Assembly (NCBI RefSeq): GCF_009914755.1
Contig: NC_060926.1
Length of the DNA: 64,000 nt
Reading direction: 5' to 3' (one strand)
Origin: the human T2T-CHM13v2.0 reference genome, Homo sapiens
The notes under the pieces were generated by a model. The model worked only from the letters and a program-made list of their open reading frames with translations, had not been told where the DNA came from and searched no databases. Below are positions 1-12,240 of this stretch, piece by piece. The translations under genes were made by a program, and so were the position numbers. Positions within the stretch are counted from its first letter, which is position 1; each line of letters begins with the position of its first letter.

Positions 1-560
1 ATGTGTTTGTATGTTGCTAAGAAGAGTGTTGAGACATGGTCCAGGTCTTTTTTTAACTCATAGGTTCTTAGGAAATAGTTGTAGGTGGATTGGCTGATAA
101 TTCCAATTTAGAGCTGGGTGCAGTTTCTGGGTGGGAAGGGCGGGAAAGACGAGTGTTCTTCAGGGCTGATTTCAGGACTCCTCTCTTCCTCTCTGCTAGA
201 GGACAAGTTCATCTTTAACTTCAAACTCTATTTCTGGCACAAATGGGAGCACAGAAATGTTAATTCTCTTCCTTCTGCCCCTCAATAACTTTTCTGAAAT
301 CTCTCTAAGAACCCTTCCTGGCACCTGATTTCATGGAGTTTGCACGGCCTTGACGCCTAGCTTCCAACTTTGTGTTTCTGAATGTTCTATCATGATTAGG
401 TGCTTCATAAATGGAGCCCTAGGGATGTTAAACACAGCAAGTGGTAGCCCTGTCAGCATCCCAGGGATCTTGGGAGAAACTCTCCTTGTATTTAGATTCT
501 ACAAGGTCCCCTTGAGAAATTTGACACTATTCTGTCATCACTGTCTTTTAAGAAAAGGTT

Positions 561-885
<325 letters not shown>

Positions 886-3800
886 TCACCAAATAAGTAT
901 ATGTTTTTGAAAACTAGTGGTAGGCTTTGCATGAGCAATGAAGAATACAGATCACAAAGAGACAATTACAATAACTGGAGAAATTCTGGGGGCGAGGTGT
1001 TAGGAAAGGCTGTCTGGAAGAAGTGCTGAGCTCACCGAGGGCTCAAAGATAAGGAGGTACTCTGTGGGGGCAGTGTGGGTGGCACCATGGCAGGCACTGG
1101 AAAGGGGTGCACGAGAAAACCAAGCCTTGGTCTCTGCCTTTCAGAAACTCAAAATTAAGTTAAAAGGCAAAGTTAAGTCAAAATTGAATTAAAAACCACG
1201 TCCTATGACATGGTTAAGAAACAATGTCAAGTGTTCGCTATTCAGTGTCCAAATGGATGAAATAGATTTTAAAAGCTAAAGAATTCCCACAGTGTTCAGG
1301 ATGAGGGTCTCATCATCTAAAAGCTTCCCTTTTAAATATATTTATTCCTCCTCCTGAGGAAGTGAGTTCCCCATTACTAGAGGTATTCAAGCAGGTCTGG
1401 AGGGCCACTTATTAATAAGGTTGGGTGGTCAGGAGAGCAGGCAGAATCATAAACAAGACAGAACAGTGTTTCCTAAGTTGGTAGTTTTTTTTTCCTAAAA
1501 TTTCTATATGAACTTCAATGGCCAAATACCTTTCTCACGATTGTTGCTATGCCATAACTCCAACGGTGTTGTTATTTATACACTGTTTTAATTAAATAGA
1601 TATATTTAAAAGGGAAGCTGGTGCAGATCTATGTCTATGATATAACCTCTAATATTTAAGTGAAAATAGTAAGTTGTAAAAAAGTGTGATGGATCCCATC
1701 ATTTGTGTGAAAAGTTGCATTTATATTCATATATACTTGTTAGTGAATGAACTATTGCTAGAAAGTACAAAACAAGCTGATAACATTGGTTGCCACTGGG
1801 GCGGGATGCTGACAGACTAGGGCACATACATGTTATTTATTGAAAAAATAGAATGAAAATCATTTAAAAAATCAGTATCAATTCCACACCTATTTTGTAA
1901 ATTTGCATGTATGCCATATGTCCCGAAAAGAAGGCTTGAGTAGTAAACACCTGCCTTTCTTTATTTTCCTGTATTCTCCAAAATTTCTACAGGGAACATG
2001 TACATGATTTTTAATTTAAAAATTGCATTAAATGATACTATCAGATAATAGAGAATAAAGCAGTCAGGGTTAAGAGGTGGGAGGAGGCAGCAAGAGCTAT
2101 ACACAGCTTAGAGAGCAGGGATGGGGAAAACACTAAGGCTGGGATGAGGGAAGATATCTGGGGTTTGTGATCTGGAAGGGAGGTTTGACCTGATGGGGAA
2201 AGGTTGGGCCAGCGATCAGGAGGAAAGAATCCCAGGGGGATCGGAGATTGACTTAGATTCCTCCAGTGAGGGGATGAGAGCTTGGGAAGGGCTTTGGCTA
2301 GAGGAGTCCTGGAGACTGAGAGCAGGTTCATACCTGAGCAAAGGGAACCAGCAAGCTGGAGGAGGCCCAGGGTGTAGAACCAAGATGGAGCCAAGCTGGT
2401 GGTGATGAGTGCCAAAGGGTTATCTGGGCCACCGAGTTGCACAATCCTGGGAGGCACCTTCTACTTGCAATTGTACATACAACTGAATGGGGGAACATGG
2501 CTACCATGGCTGGGACCCGGGAGGGGTGCTGGGTGGGTTGAGGGAAGGCAGGCTCAGTTGGGGGACTACCAGAGGTGAGAGTTGAGAAAAGGCAGGATGG
2601 AGGTAGAGGATTAGGAAGGGCTCTACACTGGGATGAGCTGCAGTCTAGGAGATGTAGGGGCAGGCGGCTAGTCAGGGAAGATCTGGTTTGGGCAATCTTG
2701 TGTCCCAACTGCAGTAGGTTAGGTGGGCTGCCTTCCTGATGTGGAACATGACCATGGTGTGCCTGCAGGCAAACTCTTAGCAAATGAAGTCGGGGTGTTA
2801 TCTGAGAATTGCTTAATCATCTCCATTCCAGTGGGGGCAGGCAAGTCACACCTTAGGAAATGTTGGCTGGGGTTAAGGTAGGACTAGATAGCCTCATTGG
2901 TCATACAGCACCAGTAGATGCAGGATTCTAAGCAGCTGAGAAGCCCTAACTTGCTGGAGTGGTTGAGGTAGAGGGAGGGCTCATGGTTTCTGGGGAGAGG
3001 GCCCATGGTTTCTGGAGGCAGAGGTGACAAAAGTGAAAGAGAGCTATGGAAGGGAGGGTAACCTCTAAAAATTGATGCATTGAATCCATGCATGATGTTC
3101 TCATAGGAAGGGTGGTGGGCAGCAGGGAGGAAGCAAACATAGTCATCATTTTCCTTGACCTCATGGTCATTCAACGGGTCCTGCTAGGTGGAATTTAATA
3201 TAATCAACTTGGCCTTCCACCTTGTCCCATACTAATGAAAATTCCAGTTCATATAAAGCATTTCTCCAAGACAGCCTTATTGGTCTTCTTGGAAAGGAAT
3301 ATCAGGCCTCTTAGAAACCTTAAATTTAAGATTATAAAAACATTCTTTTCCATAGTTCTGAAACTCTACCACTGTATTTATTTCTCTCTTTGTTTAGGAA
3401 TCCATCAGAGACATGTATTTCCTTCCCCTTTCAGACTAGGCAAGAAGGAGACACGCTTTTCTTTTCCCTAATTTCCCTTAGAAGAAAATGACATTTGCCT
3501 ATACAGTTCTATTTTTTTTCTTTTGGTTTTTAATTATAAAAAGCTTCTAGTAGCTGATTTATTATATAGGGAACAAATTGTGTCTTTGAGACCCACTGCT
3601 CTGTAATTACTTGAGTTAGCACTGCAGATATCTACACAGGGGCCAGCAGTCAATTTTGACTCAGAGTAGATAATACACGGACTGCTATTAAGTTTAATGT
3701 AGATTAATGTGAGTTGCTTCCCTTTGCACGTATGTGTGCAGGTACCAATAATTAAGATTAATTTCTGCTAGGTAGAATGGCCTTCGTTGTGCACAGTGCC

Positions 3801-5261
3801 AGAAAATGCTTCTTTAATAGCTGCTAATTGGATATATTTGCTTTGATGGTGAAATCCTGATTAGTCTTGTTACCCTGAAAACTCCCCTCCTTGCTCCTTC
3901 TCCCCACCCCCACCTACTGTTTAGGGGAAGAATAGATTGACAGTCTTCTTCCCCTAAAGCAGAGTCAGAGCTTTGGAGGTGATGAGCTCTTTTGCACTCT
4001 TCTATGTAAAGCCATGTTGTGCAGTCCATTTTCCAGCAAATCAGTCATAGCTGCTTCTACTTACTGAGAGCCGACTACGTGCTCGCTGCTTTATTTTCAT
4101 GTTCATTCTGAACAACACCACTGTGGGGTGGAAATCACCACTCTGTTTGTTCAAATGAAGATATTGAGTTTCAGCAATGTTAAGGCAGTTGTTCAAGGCC
4201 ACAAGCTGGGAAATGATAGAATGGAAATTTCAGTCCAACCACTTTCTGGTAAATACATCAGAATTTTAAAAATTGCCAAGATGAGCCATTATCTTATCGG
4301 CACTGTTCTTTTTCATTTTCCTGTTTTTCTGCAGGTCTCAGAGCCCACACTGAAGTGCCATTTCCCCTCCCTACCCCAGATCTCTCCTCACTATAATTCC
4401 CCTCCCTGCTGTCCTGATGGTTCAAAGCCACTTAGAAATAAAGTGGAAGGCTTCAGAGTTGGTCAGAAGCACAAAGCCACACCTGGAAATTTCCTCAACA
4501 GGTCCCAAAGGCTAGCTTATGGAAGGGAAAGTTGTAAAATGGTGATAGTTGTAGAAAGGTTTTCTCCTTAGCAGTAATGCCCTTCCCCACTCCCGTTCCA
4601 CCACAGGAACTTCCTTTCTTATATATTCAAGTTTTTTTGCATCAAAAGCAAAGCTCCTGGCAGCAGCAATCGAGAACCAGGTTCTACTGGCCAAGTCAGG
4701 TGGTAAAGGGATGAAGCTGAGGGAACCACATGAGGAGAGAAGGCTCTCAGATGAACTTTGCCTCTCTTCATTTTGCTCCAGGTTGGCAGAGCCTTCAGAA
4801 GACCTGAGGCGTGGTTTGAGGCACCCAGTGGGTGTTGGCTGACCTCACAGGGCTCCATGGAAGGACTGTGCGATTTTCTGCCTGGGACAGCTGAGTTGGC
4901 ATCTTGCCTCTGTCACAGATGAGCTGTGTGACCTTAGTCAGCTTACTCAACCCCTCTGAGCCTCAGTTTCCTTTCTTCCATTGCCATCTGATTCACAGAT
5001 TTTTCATTTTCCCAGAGGAAATGAGATTGTCTTTATTATATTTAATGCAGGATTTGATAACTTTAATGAATACCATTTCCCTTTCTATTTGTAGAAGCTG
5101 CAGCCCTCTTGATGAGTTTAAGAGGAAGTAACAACCTTCATAAAATGTTTTCCTGGAGGAGCTGAATTTGCACTGACAACACTGGGTAGAAAAAATTTTC
5201 TCTAGATCTCTTCCAGGAGATTCACTGAAATCCTTCCTCATCTATAAATTTAGAAAAGAGA

Positions 5262-5462
5262 CTCAGTCATCGGGGTCCCAGTGGCATTTTGAATGGGCAA
5301 TTCATCATTGCATGGGACTGTCCCACACATTAGAATACACTTAGAACTTTCCCTGCCCACTAACTACCCACAGCACCCTCAGTCATTGCAACAACTCACT
5401 GTCACATGTCTGAATGCCCTCCAGGGAGATCCTATGCCCCACCCCAGCTGATAACCACTAGC
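5262..5462. mobile_element. hAT-Charlie MITE fossil (MER5B/MER20-like)
   Basis: GGCATTTTG...GGGACTGTCCCACACATT...CAGTCATTGCAACAAC...GATAACCACT resembles recalled Charlie MITE consensus; subfamily uncertain. Confidence 0.55.
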
Positions 5463-6099
5463 TGAGTCTCCTAGTTCTAACATTCCTCCTGGCACCCTGC
5501 ACCCCTTTCCCTGGAGTGTAAGGGCACCATAAGTCAGGCTCGTCCTCTTGGCCACAGCTTCTGGTGGTTTGAAGAGGTCACCCATGAACGAGGCCCTGCT
5601 GTGCAGCAGTCTCCTGCAGCAGTCTCCTGCTGTGCAGGCTTCCAGGGCTGGTTTAGCCACCCATCTTCCTTCCTCACCATTGGGTGGTTAATTTCAGCAT
5701 GGTTCCCAAATCCTTGCTGGCCAAAGAGCATGTGGACCAGAAGAGGTGAAATGCTCTGATCCCTTTCTTGATGCTCTGTTCTTCTGTGGCTCTGAGTTGA
5801 AAGAAGAGATTTAAGTCTTGTGTCCCTTTTGCACAATGACTTACTTATAGGCTAACTGACTCCTTTCATCAGGAGTTTAAAGTGCAATTAGAAAAACTAT
5901 TGTCGATATTTAGATAACAGGACATGATCTGGGGGCTAAGTCAGGTAAAGGTAATTAATAGCTGTGAAGATTTTTAATGAGGCCTGGATTCTGCTTCCAG
6001 AACTCTGTATGTAGATCTCACTACAATTGTAAGGTGAATATATTTAACTCTATTTTTTTTCCTGATAAAAATATAGCCTAGTATTAGTAGCTCTGCTGA

Positions 6100-6320
6100 T
6101 GGAGTCTGGCCAGAGTTTGCGCCTCCTTCTGTCATTTATTAGCTGTATGATATCATGTGGATTACTAAACCTCTCATGGTTCTAGTTTCTCATTTCAAAA
6201 TGGAGAAAATAAAATCTATCTTGCAAAAGGCTGCTATGAGAACTAAATAAAATAATCTCACAAGGTAACCAATATGATGCCTCACAAATGGTAGGTATAT
6301 AACTAAGAGTGTTATTATTA
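6100..6320 (+). mobile_element. MIR SINE fragment
   Basis: AGCTGTATGA...AACCTCTC...AGTTTCTCATTTCAAAATGGAG MIR core, ends in GTTATTATTA. Confidence 0.65.
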
Positions 6321-6351
6321 AGAAGAAGAGTTCATAAAGAAGCAAAAATTA

Positions 6352-6654
<303 letters not shown>

Positions 6655-8049
6655 AAGCAAAAATTGTAAGCCCCTAGGATGGGCTTTAATTACAGCAAGA
6701 TGGGCCAAAGTTGGCTCTGAAAGAAACTTTTGAGAGGTGTATACTGTTTGATCTTGGGACAAAGAGTGAGAGAATATCTGGAATACCGGGAAATCTTTAG
6801 GAATGTGTAACCTATTCCATCAGAAGTAGTTCTGCTTATGCCTGAGCAGAGAGAGGGAGAGGGATTAGGTTAGTGGTTTTCAGACCTCAGACTGTATGTG
6901 TGTGTGTATGTGATTGCTGCATGCTCAGCTGCTAGTACACATCAGATGGGCACAGGCATGTGCCAGGCAGGTGTGCTTGTGTCTTGGCTGACCTCTAATT
7001 GAGTATGGCTCAAGCAGCCCCTGGTCAAGGGTGAGCTTGTGCAATTTTACCTGAATGGATGTGTATAGAACTGACTTTTGAAAAGAACTAGTGCAGAATT
7101 TTTTCTCCCTAATTAGGCCACATTTACAAGAAGAAATTTGTATATGTCCAAGTATGACCAAAGACACTGGATTCAGAGGTCTACAAACAGACAAGAAACC
7201 TAGCAGCAAAAATGGGCATTTTGAGATATTAACATTTGGAACATGATACCTCAGCAATAAGTGGGATTTGGAAGAGTCAGACCTGAGTAGGGCCCACAAG
7301 ATTAACCTCAGTGCCACAGAGTAATCGCAGAACTAGGCAACCAGGCAAAGCAGGCACTAGTAATTTTGGAGTGCGTGAATAGTGGGAATAGTTGAGAGAC
7401 CATGGTATGCCCTGAGATCCTGGAGTGGATATTAGCCTGCTCACAGGGGCTTTATGCTGATGTCTGCAGATCATTGCTGAAGGTGCACAATAGCTGCCTC
7501 AACAGGTGCTGAGGCTGACCTTGCTCTTAGAGCTGGACTTCATTTCATCCTATTATTAAGGTGCATTATTCAAATACAAAGTATAGATTGGCATTTCTGC
7601 CTTGATTGGGATATTTGTGATGGAAAAACAGGTGGATGGAGAAAAATGGTTAGGAAGAGCAAAGAATGAAAAGAAAGAAATAGATGAATGAAAACTGAAT
7701 ATAAAATTTAATTGGAAATGCTCGGAGCAGTTATAGGTTTCACACTCAAAAACAGAACTGTAGAGACAGCAAGACCCCAAAGAGTGCAAGGACCAGGGTG
7801 AGGTCCATGAAAGAGAGAGAAAAAACAAAAACAGAAACAAAACTCTTTCACCACACTCAATATGAGCTGGGATGTGCTCAAAGCTAACATAGAAAGACAT
7901 GCATAATGCCAACTTGGGCACAGTCACAGACCTCTTATATTCTAGTGAAATCATCAAAATGCTTCAAGAAGATAGTTTGAACACAAATTAAAGGGAACAT
8001 TTCTTTTCATTCTATTAAATTATGTGGAACATGAGGTGGTTATGGATTG

Positions 8050-8265
8050 GAGTTATTACTGGGACTAAAGGATAGAATTTACATGGAGGCAGGTTTAGCA
8101 GGAAATTTATCATTAAGAAACTGTCCAGCAATGAGGCAGACTTATTTAGACATCTTGAGCTCCTGGTCATTGAAAATGACCCATCAGGCAGGTGCTGGAA
8201 GTGATTTCTGCACCGGGTCAATGGTTGAACCAAAGACCTTGCAATTCTCTGTTTAATTCTTAGGT
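8050..8265 (+). mobile_element. CR1/L3 LINE 3' fragment
   Basis: GAGCTCCTGGTCATTGAAAATG...GGTTGAACCAAAGACCTTG resembles a degraded L3 3' end. Confidence 0.4.
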
Positions 8266-8399
8266 TTAATATTTCTAGAATCAAGAAAGACTTAGATAAA
8301 TTCTTATGTGGCAGATCCCATTACAGGTTGTTACTGGAGACTGAAATATGGTATAATACACATTTATGAAATAAGGTCAGGGAGGAAGGAAGGGAAAAA

Positions 8400-8628
8400 G
8401 AAAGGGCACTAACCTGGATTGTGCTTGGACCTGTGCTGAAATTTGTATTGTCTTATTTAATCCTTGCAATTATCTTTTGACGTAGGTGCAATTAGCTTCA
8501 GTGTTACAGATAAGGAAAAAGGCAGTCAGAGAGGCTAAGTGGCTTGTCTGAGATGACACAGGAGCACAGATGGATTTTTTTGCCTAATCTTTCTAAAGCC
8601 TAGTCCAAGCTCTCTCTGCCATGCCATG
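8400..8628 (-). mobile_element. MIR SINE fragment
   Basis: TTATTTAATCCTTGCAAT...TTACAGATAAGGAAAAAGGCAGTCAGAGAGGCTAAGTGGCTTGTC is the antisense MIR core. Confidence 0.65.
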
Positions 8629-8751
8629 TGCCTCCTGAGTGCCCTAGGCTGGTATTCTCCTGCGTGCTGCTGTCCAACTTGGCTCTGGTCATATGGCTTT
8701 TGGGCTTGAAGTGGTGCGACCTACCTTATTTTCTATTGTTATCTAAAGGAA
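8629..8751 (-). repeat. Inverted repeat arm A (123 bp, non-TE), probable donor copy
   Basis: Reverse complement aligns ungapped with 12118-12240 at 119/123 identity (aligned by eye). Confidence 0.95.
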
Positions 8752-8835
8752 CGCCCATCTCCAGGCAGGATGGCATAGTAGTCAGTGAACTGAAATGGAA
8801 GTAAGAATGCACTGGCCGTTTTCCTGTTCTGTAAA
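8725..8835 (-). ncRNA. Candidate internal exon (111 nt) of putative minus-strand lncRNA
   Basis: Minus-strand acceptor TTCATTTTGCAG| before 8835 and donor AAG|GTAGGT after 8725; no transcript evidence available. Confidence 0.25.
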
Positions 8836-9444
8836 CTGCAAAATGAATACAACTCTCTCCACTCATCCCCTCAACAAATATGAAACCAAAAAAATCATAA
8901 TTGTGTAATGTTCTATTACTTATAATTCTTTGGTAAAGCATTTTGACTTGGGAATCAGAAAACAAGATTCTTGTCCCTGGACCAGCTTTTTAGTCCTGCT
9001 GAGCCTCCATTGCTTTATTTTAAAAGCATAGAAAAAAAGGAAAAGCTAAATTATCTCTAAGATCTTTTAAGTTATATATATTTATGTGACATACAATAAT
9101 TATATATAAATTATGTGTGTAAGTCTGTACGTATATGTATATGTACTTATGTTAATAGTTAAATCGACATCTACTTATCTACACTAATATCAGCAACAGT
9201 GAAGTAATTGCCCAATAATCCCAAAACAGAAAATAGTTTAAAATCCAGTGTTTCGTTTTGGAGTGCATAATTTAGTGATCTTACTGTAGATTTACTTAAA
9301 ATAAGGATAGAATAAAATTCTGTTTCCTAGTAACACCATAGTTGGTTGATGCAAGTAAGACATCCAGGAGCATTAAAGGAAATTCACTTGGGTTGAAACA
9401 AAATCATCTGCAGATTAATGGCCACCAGCTGAGATCTGACTACA

Positions 9445-9660
9445 GTTCAATGTGGAGGCTGGCATCAGACAGGCCTAAGTTTGTGTCCTGACTCTTACTT
9501 TCCCTGACTAGAATAATCTTAGGCAGGTTATTTAACTTTTTTGAGTCTCAGTTTCCTTACTGGAAAGTGGAGATAATAGTACCTATCTCTCAGGATTGTT
9601 AAGGGCAAGAATTGTGCAAGTATGGGGCCTGACATAGGTTGGTGCTTCACAGATGGTAGC
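9445..9660 (+). mobile_element. MIR SINE fragment
   Basis: GGCATCAGACAGGCCTAAGTTTG...GGCAGGTTATTTAAC...GAGTCTCAGTTTCCTTACTGGAAAGTGGAGATAATAGTACCT. Confidence 0.7.
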
Positions 9661-10149
9661 CATATTGGCATGCAAGACCTTCCTGGTCATCCACACTCCT
9701 GCCCTCAAGGGCAAGGTCAGTCTTGCTTCTCTTGGGTCAGCATGCTGTCTGGGAGTGCAGAGGCTTTTGCCAACCATTTGCATGAGGGGCAAGGACATCT
9801 TGACTATAGAAATGAAAGTCTCTAAAATGTGGCCCCTGGAAGAGCCATTCCCATTTGCTTTCCACCATGCTCATGAGGAGTCAGGGGATTTTCGTCATCC
9901 CTGTAAATTAGCCTCCAGTTACCAAACTTTAGCTGCCTCTTGCTATAGCAGGCCGATGCCTGGAGTACCCTGGCCAGCTCTCCAGCTAGGAGGGGGTTAA
10001 AACCAACATTTGCAGATAAAGAGGTAAACATATTTACATTCCTCTCTTCACACTTTATGCATATGTCATGCAGTGAATAGTTTTAGAGGTCTGTTTGTAC
10101 TATCTCTCCAGAATTTTTACAGTCTGGAGGACACAAAATCTCTATAAAG

Positions 10150-10990
10150 TGACTTATTGAAATAGAAGCAGATTGGTAAAACCGTTTCCCTCTTATGAAC
10201 TGTGAAGAATGATCCTCTAAATGAAATCAGGAAGGAACTGGACAGAATCTTGTTTAATGGTCTGACAAAATGAATCACAACGATTCCAGACATCCATCAC
10301 TGCTAAAAGGGAACCACAAATGATCTGTGAACCACTATATATTGATTACCCATGTAGTACAAGTGTCGGATTTAATGTTCACACACCATAGAGAGGCGGC
10401 AGGGACAGATGGTGCCTTAACTCTTCTTTGATAGATTTTAATGGTGAAATATTGATTTCTGTCTGGCCAAGACCTGCTGTTAGGGGCCAAAGTCATTTGT
10501 TGGGTATTGCCGGACACCCAGTTGGCCCAGCGTAATCAATCATTTTTGGCAAGGCAGGTGAAAATCCAGAGAGAAGCACCTTGGAACCCAAACTGGAGCG
10601 TGATGTGTCTGAGTCCAGCCACCTAGAGAAAGAGAGAGAGAGAGAGGACTCTTGGAGATTGTGCTTGTAAAGAATTATTAATGATAAGACATGTTTACTG
10701 AGGAGAGTCGCAGCGAATCAGAGCTGACATGAAATAGTCCGGGAGCCTCGTGGAGAAAATGAGCCTCTTGCTAAGAGCGACTATATTTTATTTAAACATC
10801 CTTCTAAGGCTGAGAACTCAGGTAATCTGTTGTGTTACAAGCCACTGGCTGTTGTTGCTATCCAGAGAGATAACACTGAGGCGCTAATAGGAACACATCA
10901 ATCACAATCAGGCTGCAATTCCAGCGGTGTCTCGTCCTCCCAGCTCCTCTTTAAGCTCCTTAATAATGGTGATAACATAGTTCGGGGGCT
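10150..10990. promoter_or_regulatory. Repeat-free enhancer/conserved-element-like block
   Basis: No recognisable TE; TCF/LEF CTTTGAT 10426-10432, PBX-HOX-type TGATTGAT (minus) 10535-10542, E-box CAGATG 10406-10411, NFI half-sites TTGGC/GCCAA, retained CpGs. Confidence 0.45.
10350..10622 (-). ncRNA. Candidate exon of putative minus-strand lncRNA
   Basis: Strong minus-strand acceptor TCTCTCTCTCTCTTTCTCTAG|GTGG at 10623/10622; weaker donor TGG|GTAATC at 10350/10349, so the 3' boundary is uncertain. Confidence 0.35.
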
Positions 10991-11254
10991 GCTGAGAGGG
11001 GCTCTCCCCTCTGAGGGTCATATTCATAAAGTGAATAGCTTGCCAAGTCAGCATCCAGGGAACGGGATCTATGCTGGGGGACTTGTGTGCAGGAGAGGGA
11101 GGGGCATGGACCAGCTGGGGAGGGTTGGACTCCAACAGGAGAATTTTCTATCATCTGTTGGTCCCTGGGTTTTGTGATGTCACTTCTGCCTCCTTCCTAA
11201 GAAAGGGGTGTGAGTGTGCATATTATATGTAATTATTAAATAACAAGAATCATT

Positions 11255-11375
11255 TTCTTGGGCAGCTTATAAAATGGTTTAGAAGGCAATTCCCAAAGGG
11301 AACCCTCAACATGTTCTGAGTGATGACAACCTCATGGGAATAAGTGTGTGGCTTCCCTGGAAGATTCTGGTGCAA
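11255..11375. mobile_element. MARNA-like TcMar fossil fragment
   Basis: AAGGCAATTCCCAAAGGG...ATGTTCTGAGTGATG...GGAATAAGTGTGTGGCTTCCC resembles recalled MARNA consensus. Confidence 0.45.
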
Positions 11376-11799
11376 GATATGTCAGGAGGGTGGGGATGGG
11401 TGGGGGAAGGGGCCATCCTAGTCTCTGCAGCTCTGTGTCAGCCTCTAACCTATCACCCTCAAGGTTAAGCATCTATTTACTTGTTTGACTCCCCCATAGG
11501 TGATGAGTTCTTGAGGGTGGCCATTGTGTCTAATTAATTATTGTATCCTCAGTACCCCAGCACATGGCTTAGGGACTCACAAGATGCTCAATACATGAAT
11601 ATGGCTGAATATACAAGTGCAGGCAGGTGTTTATGTTAAAAAGAAGTCAGACATACTTCCTTGCACCTTTTGACAGTTCACACGAACATGTGTGTGTTAT
11701 GCATGTACATAAATATATAAATTCATAATAGAATGCACTGACCTTATGAAGACATGCAACACATTTTATATCTACTTGTGTGCTTTACTTTTTATGAAA

Positions 11800-12030
11800 C
11801 AGCATAACTTAATGGATAATACACTGGACTCTAGAGCCAGACTGCTTGGATTCAAATCCTGGCTCCACCACTTATTAGAAGATGACTTTGGGCAAGCTGC
11901 TTCAAACTTTTGTGCCTCAGTTATCTCATCTGTAAAGTGGGGATAATAACAGTACCTACAATTTGAGGATTAAATGAGTTATTAGATGTGAAGCATTAAT
12001 AGCAGTTCCCTGCAAACATAAGTATAAATA
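11800..12030 (+). mobile_element. MIR SINE
   Basis: GGACTCTAGAGCCAGACTGCTTGGATTCAAATCCTGGCTCC...GCCTCAGTTATCTCATCTGTAAAGTGGGGATAATAACAGTACCT. Confidence 0.85.
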
Positions 12031-12117
12031 TTTTATGTTATATATTATGCTTAAATTATATGTCTAGCCATGGCATTATATTCAAAATATTTACATAAAT
12101 GAACGCATATATATGCA

Positions 12118-12240
12118 TTCCTTTAGATAACAATAGAAAATAAGGTAGGTCGCACCATTTCAAGCCCAAAAGCCATATGACCAGAGCCAAGTTGGACAAC
12201 GGCACGCAGGAGAATACCAGCCTAGGGCACTCAGGGGGCA
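12118..12240 (+). repeat. Inverted repeat arm B (123 bp), inserted copy flanked by a target-site-like duplication
   Basis: Inverted copy of 8629-8751; flanked by GCATATATATGCAT (12105-12118) and GCATATATATATGCAT (12238-12253). Confidence 0.95.

Noticed and set aside
2328-2783. Short resemblance of QLGHKIAQ to a proline-rich protein motif recalled from memory
   Set aside because: Too short and unverified to assign homology or a gene symbol
5595-5637. 13-bp tandem duplication TGCAGCAGTCTCC (similar short doublets at about 24263, 57208, 60510)
   Set aside because: Ordinary slippage duplications
8629-12240. Inverted arms as TIRs of a 3.6-kb DNA transposon
   Set aside because: No TSD outside the pair and no transposase remnant; the interior holds ancient MIR/L2 copies; the duplication flanks arm B alone
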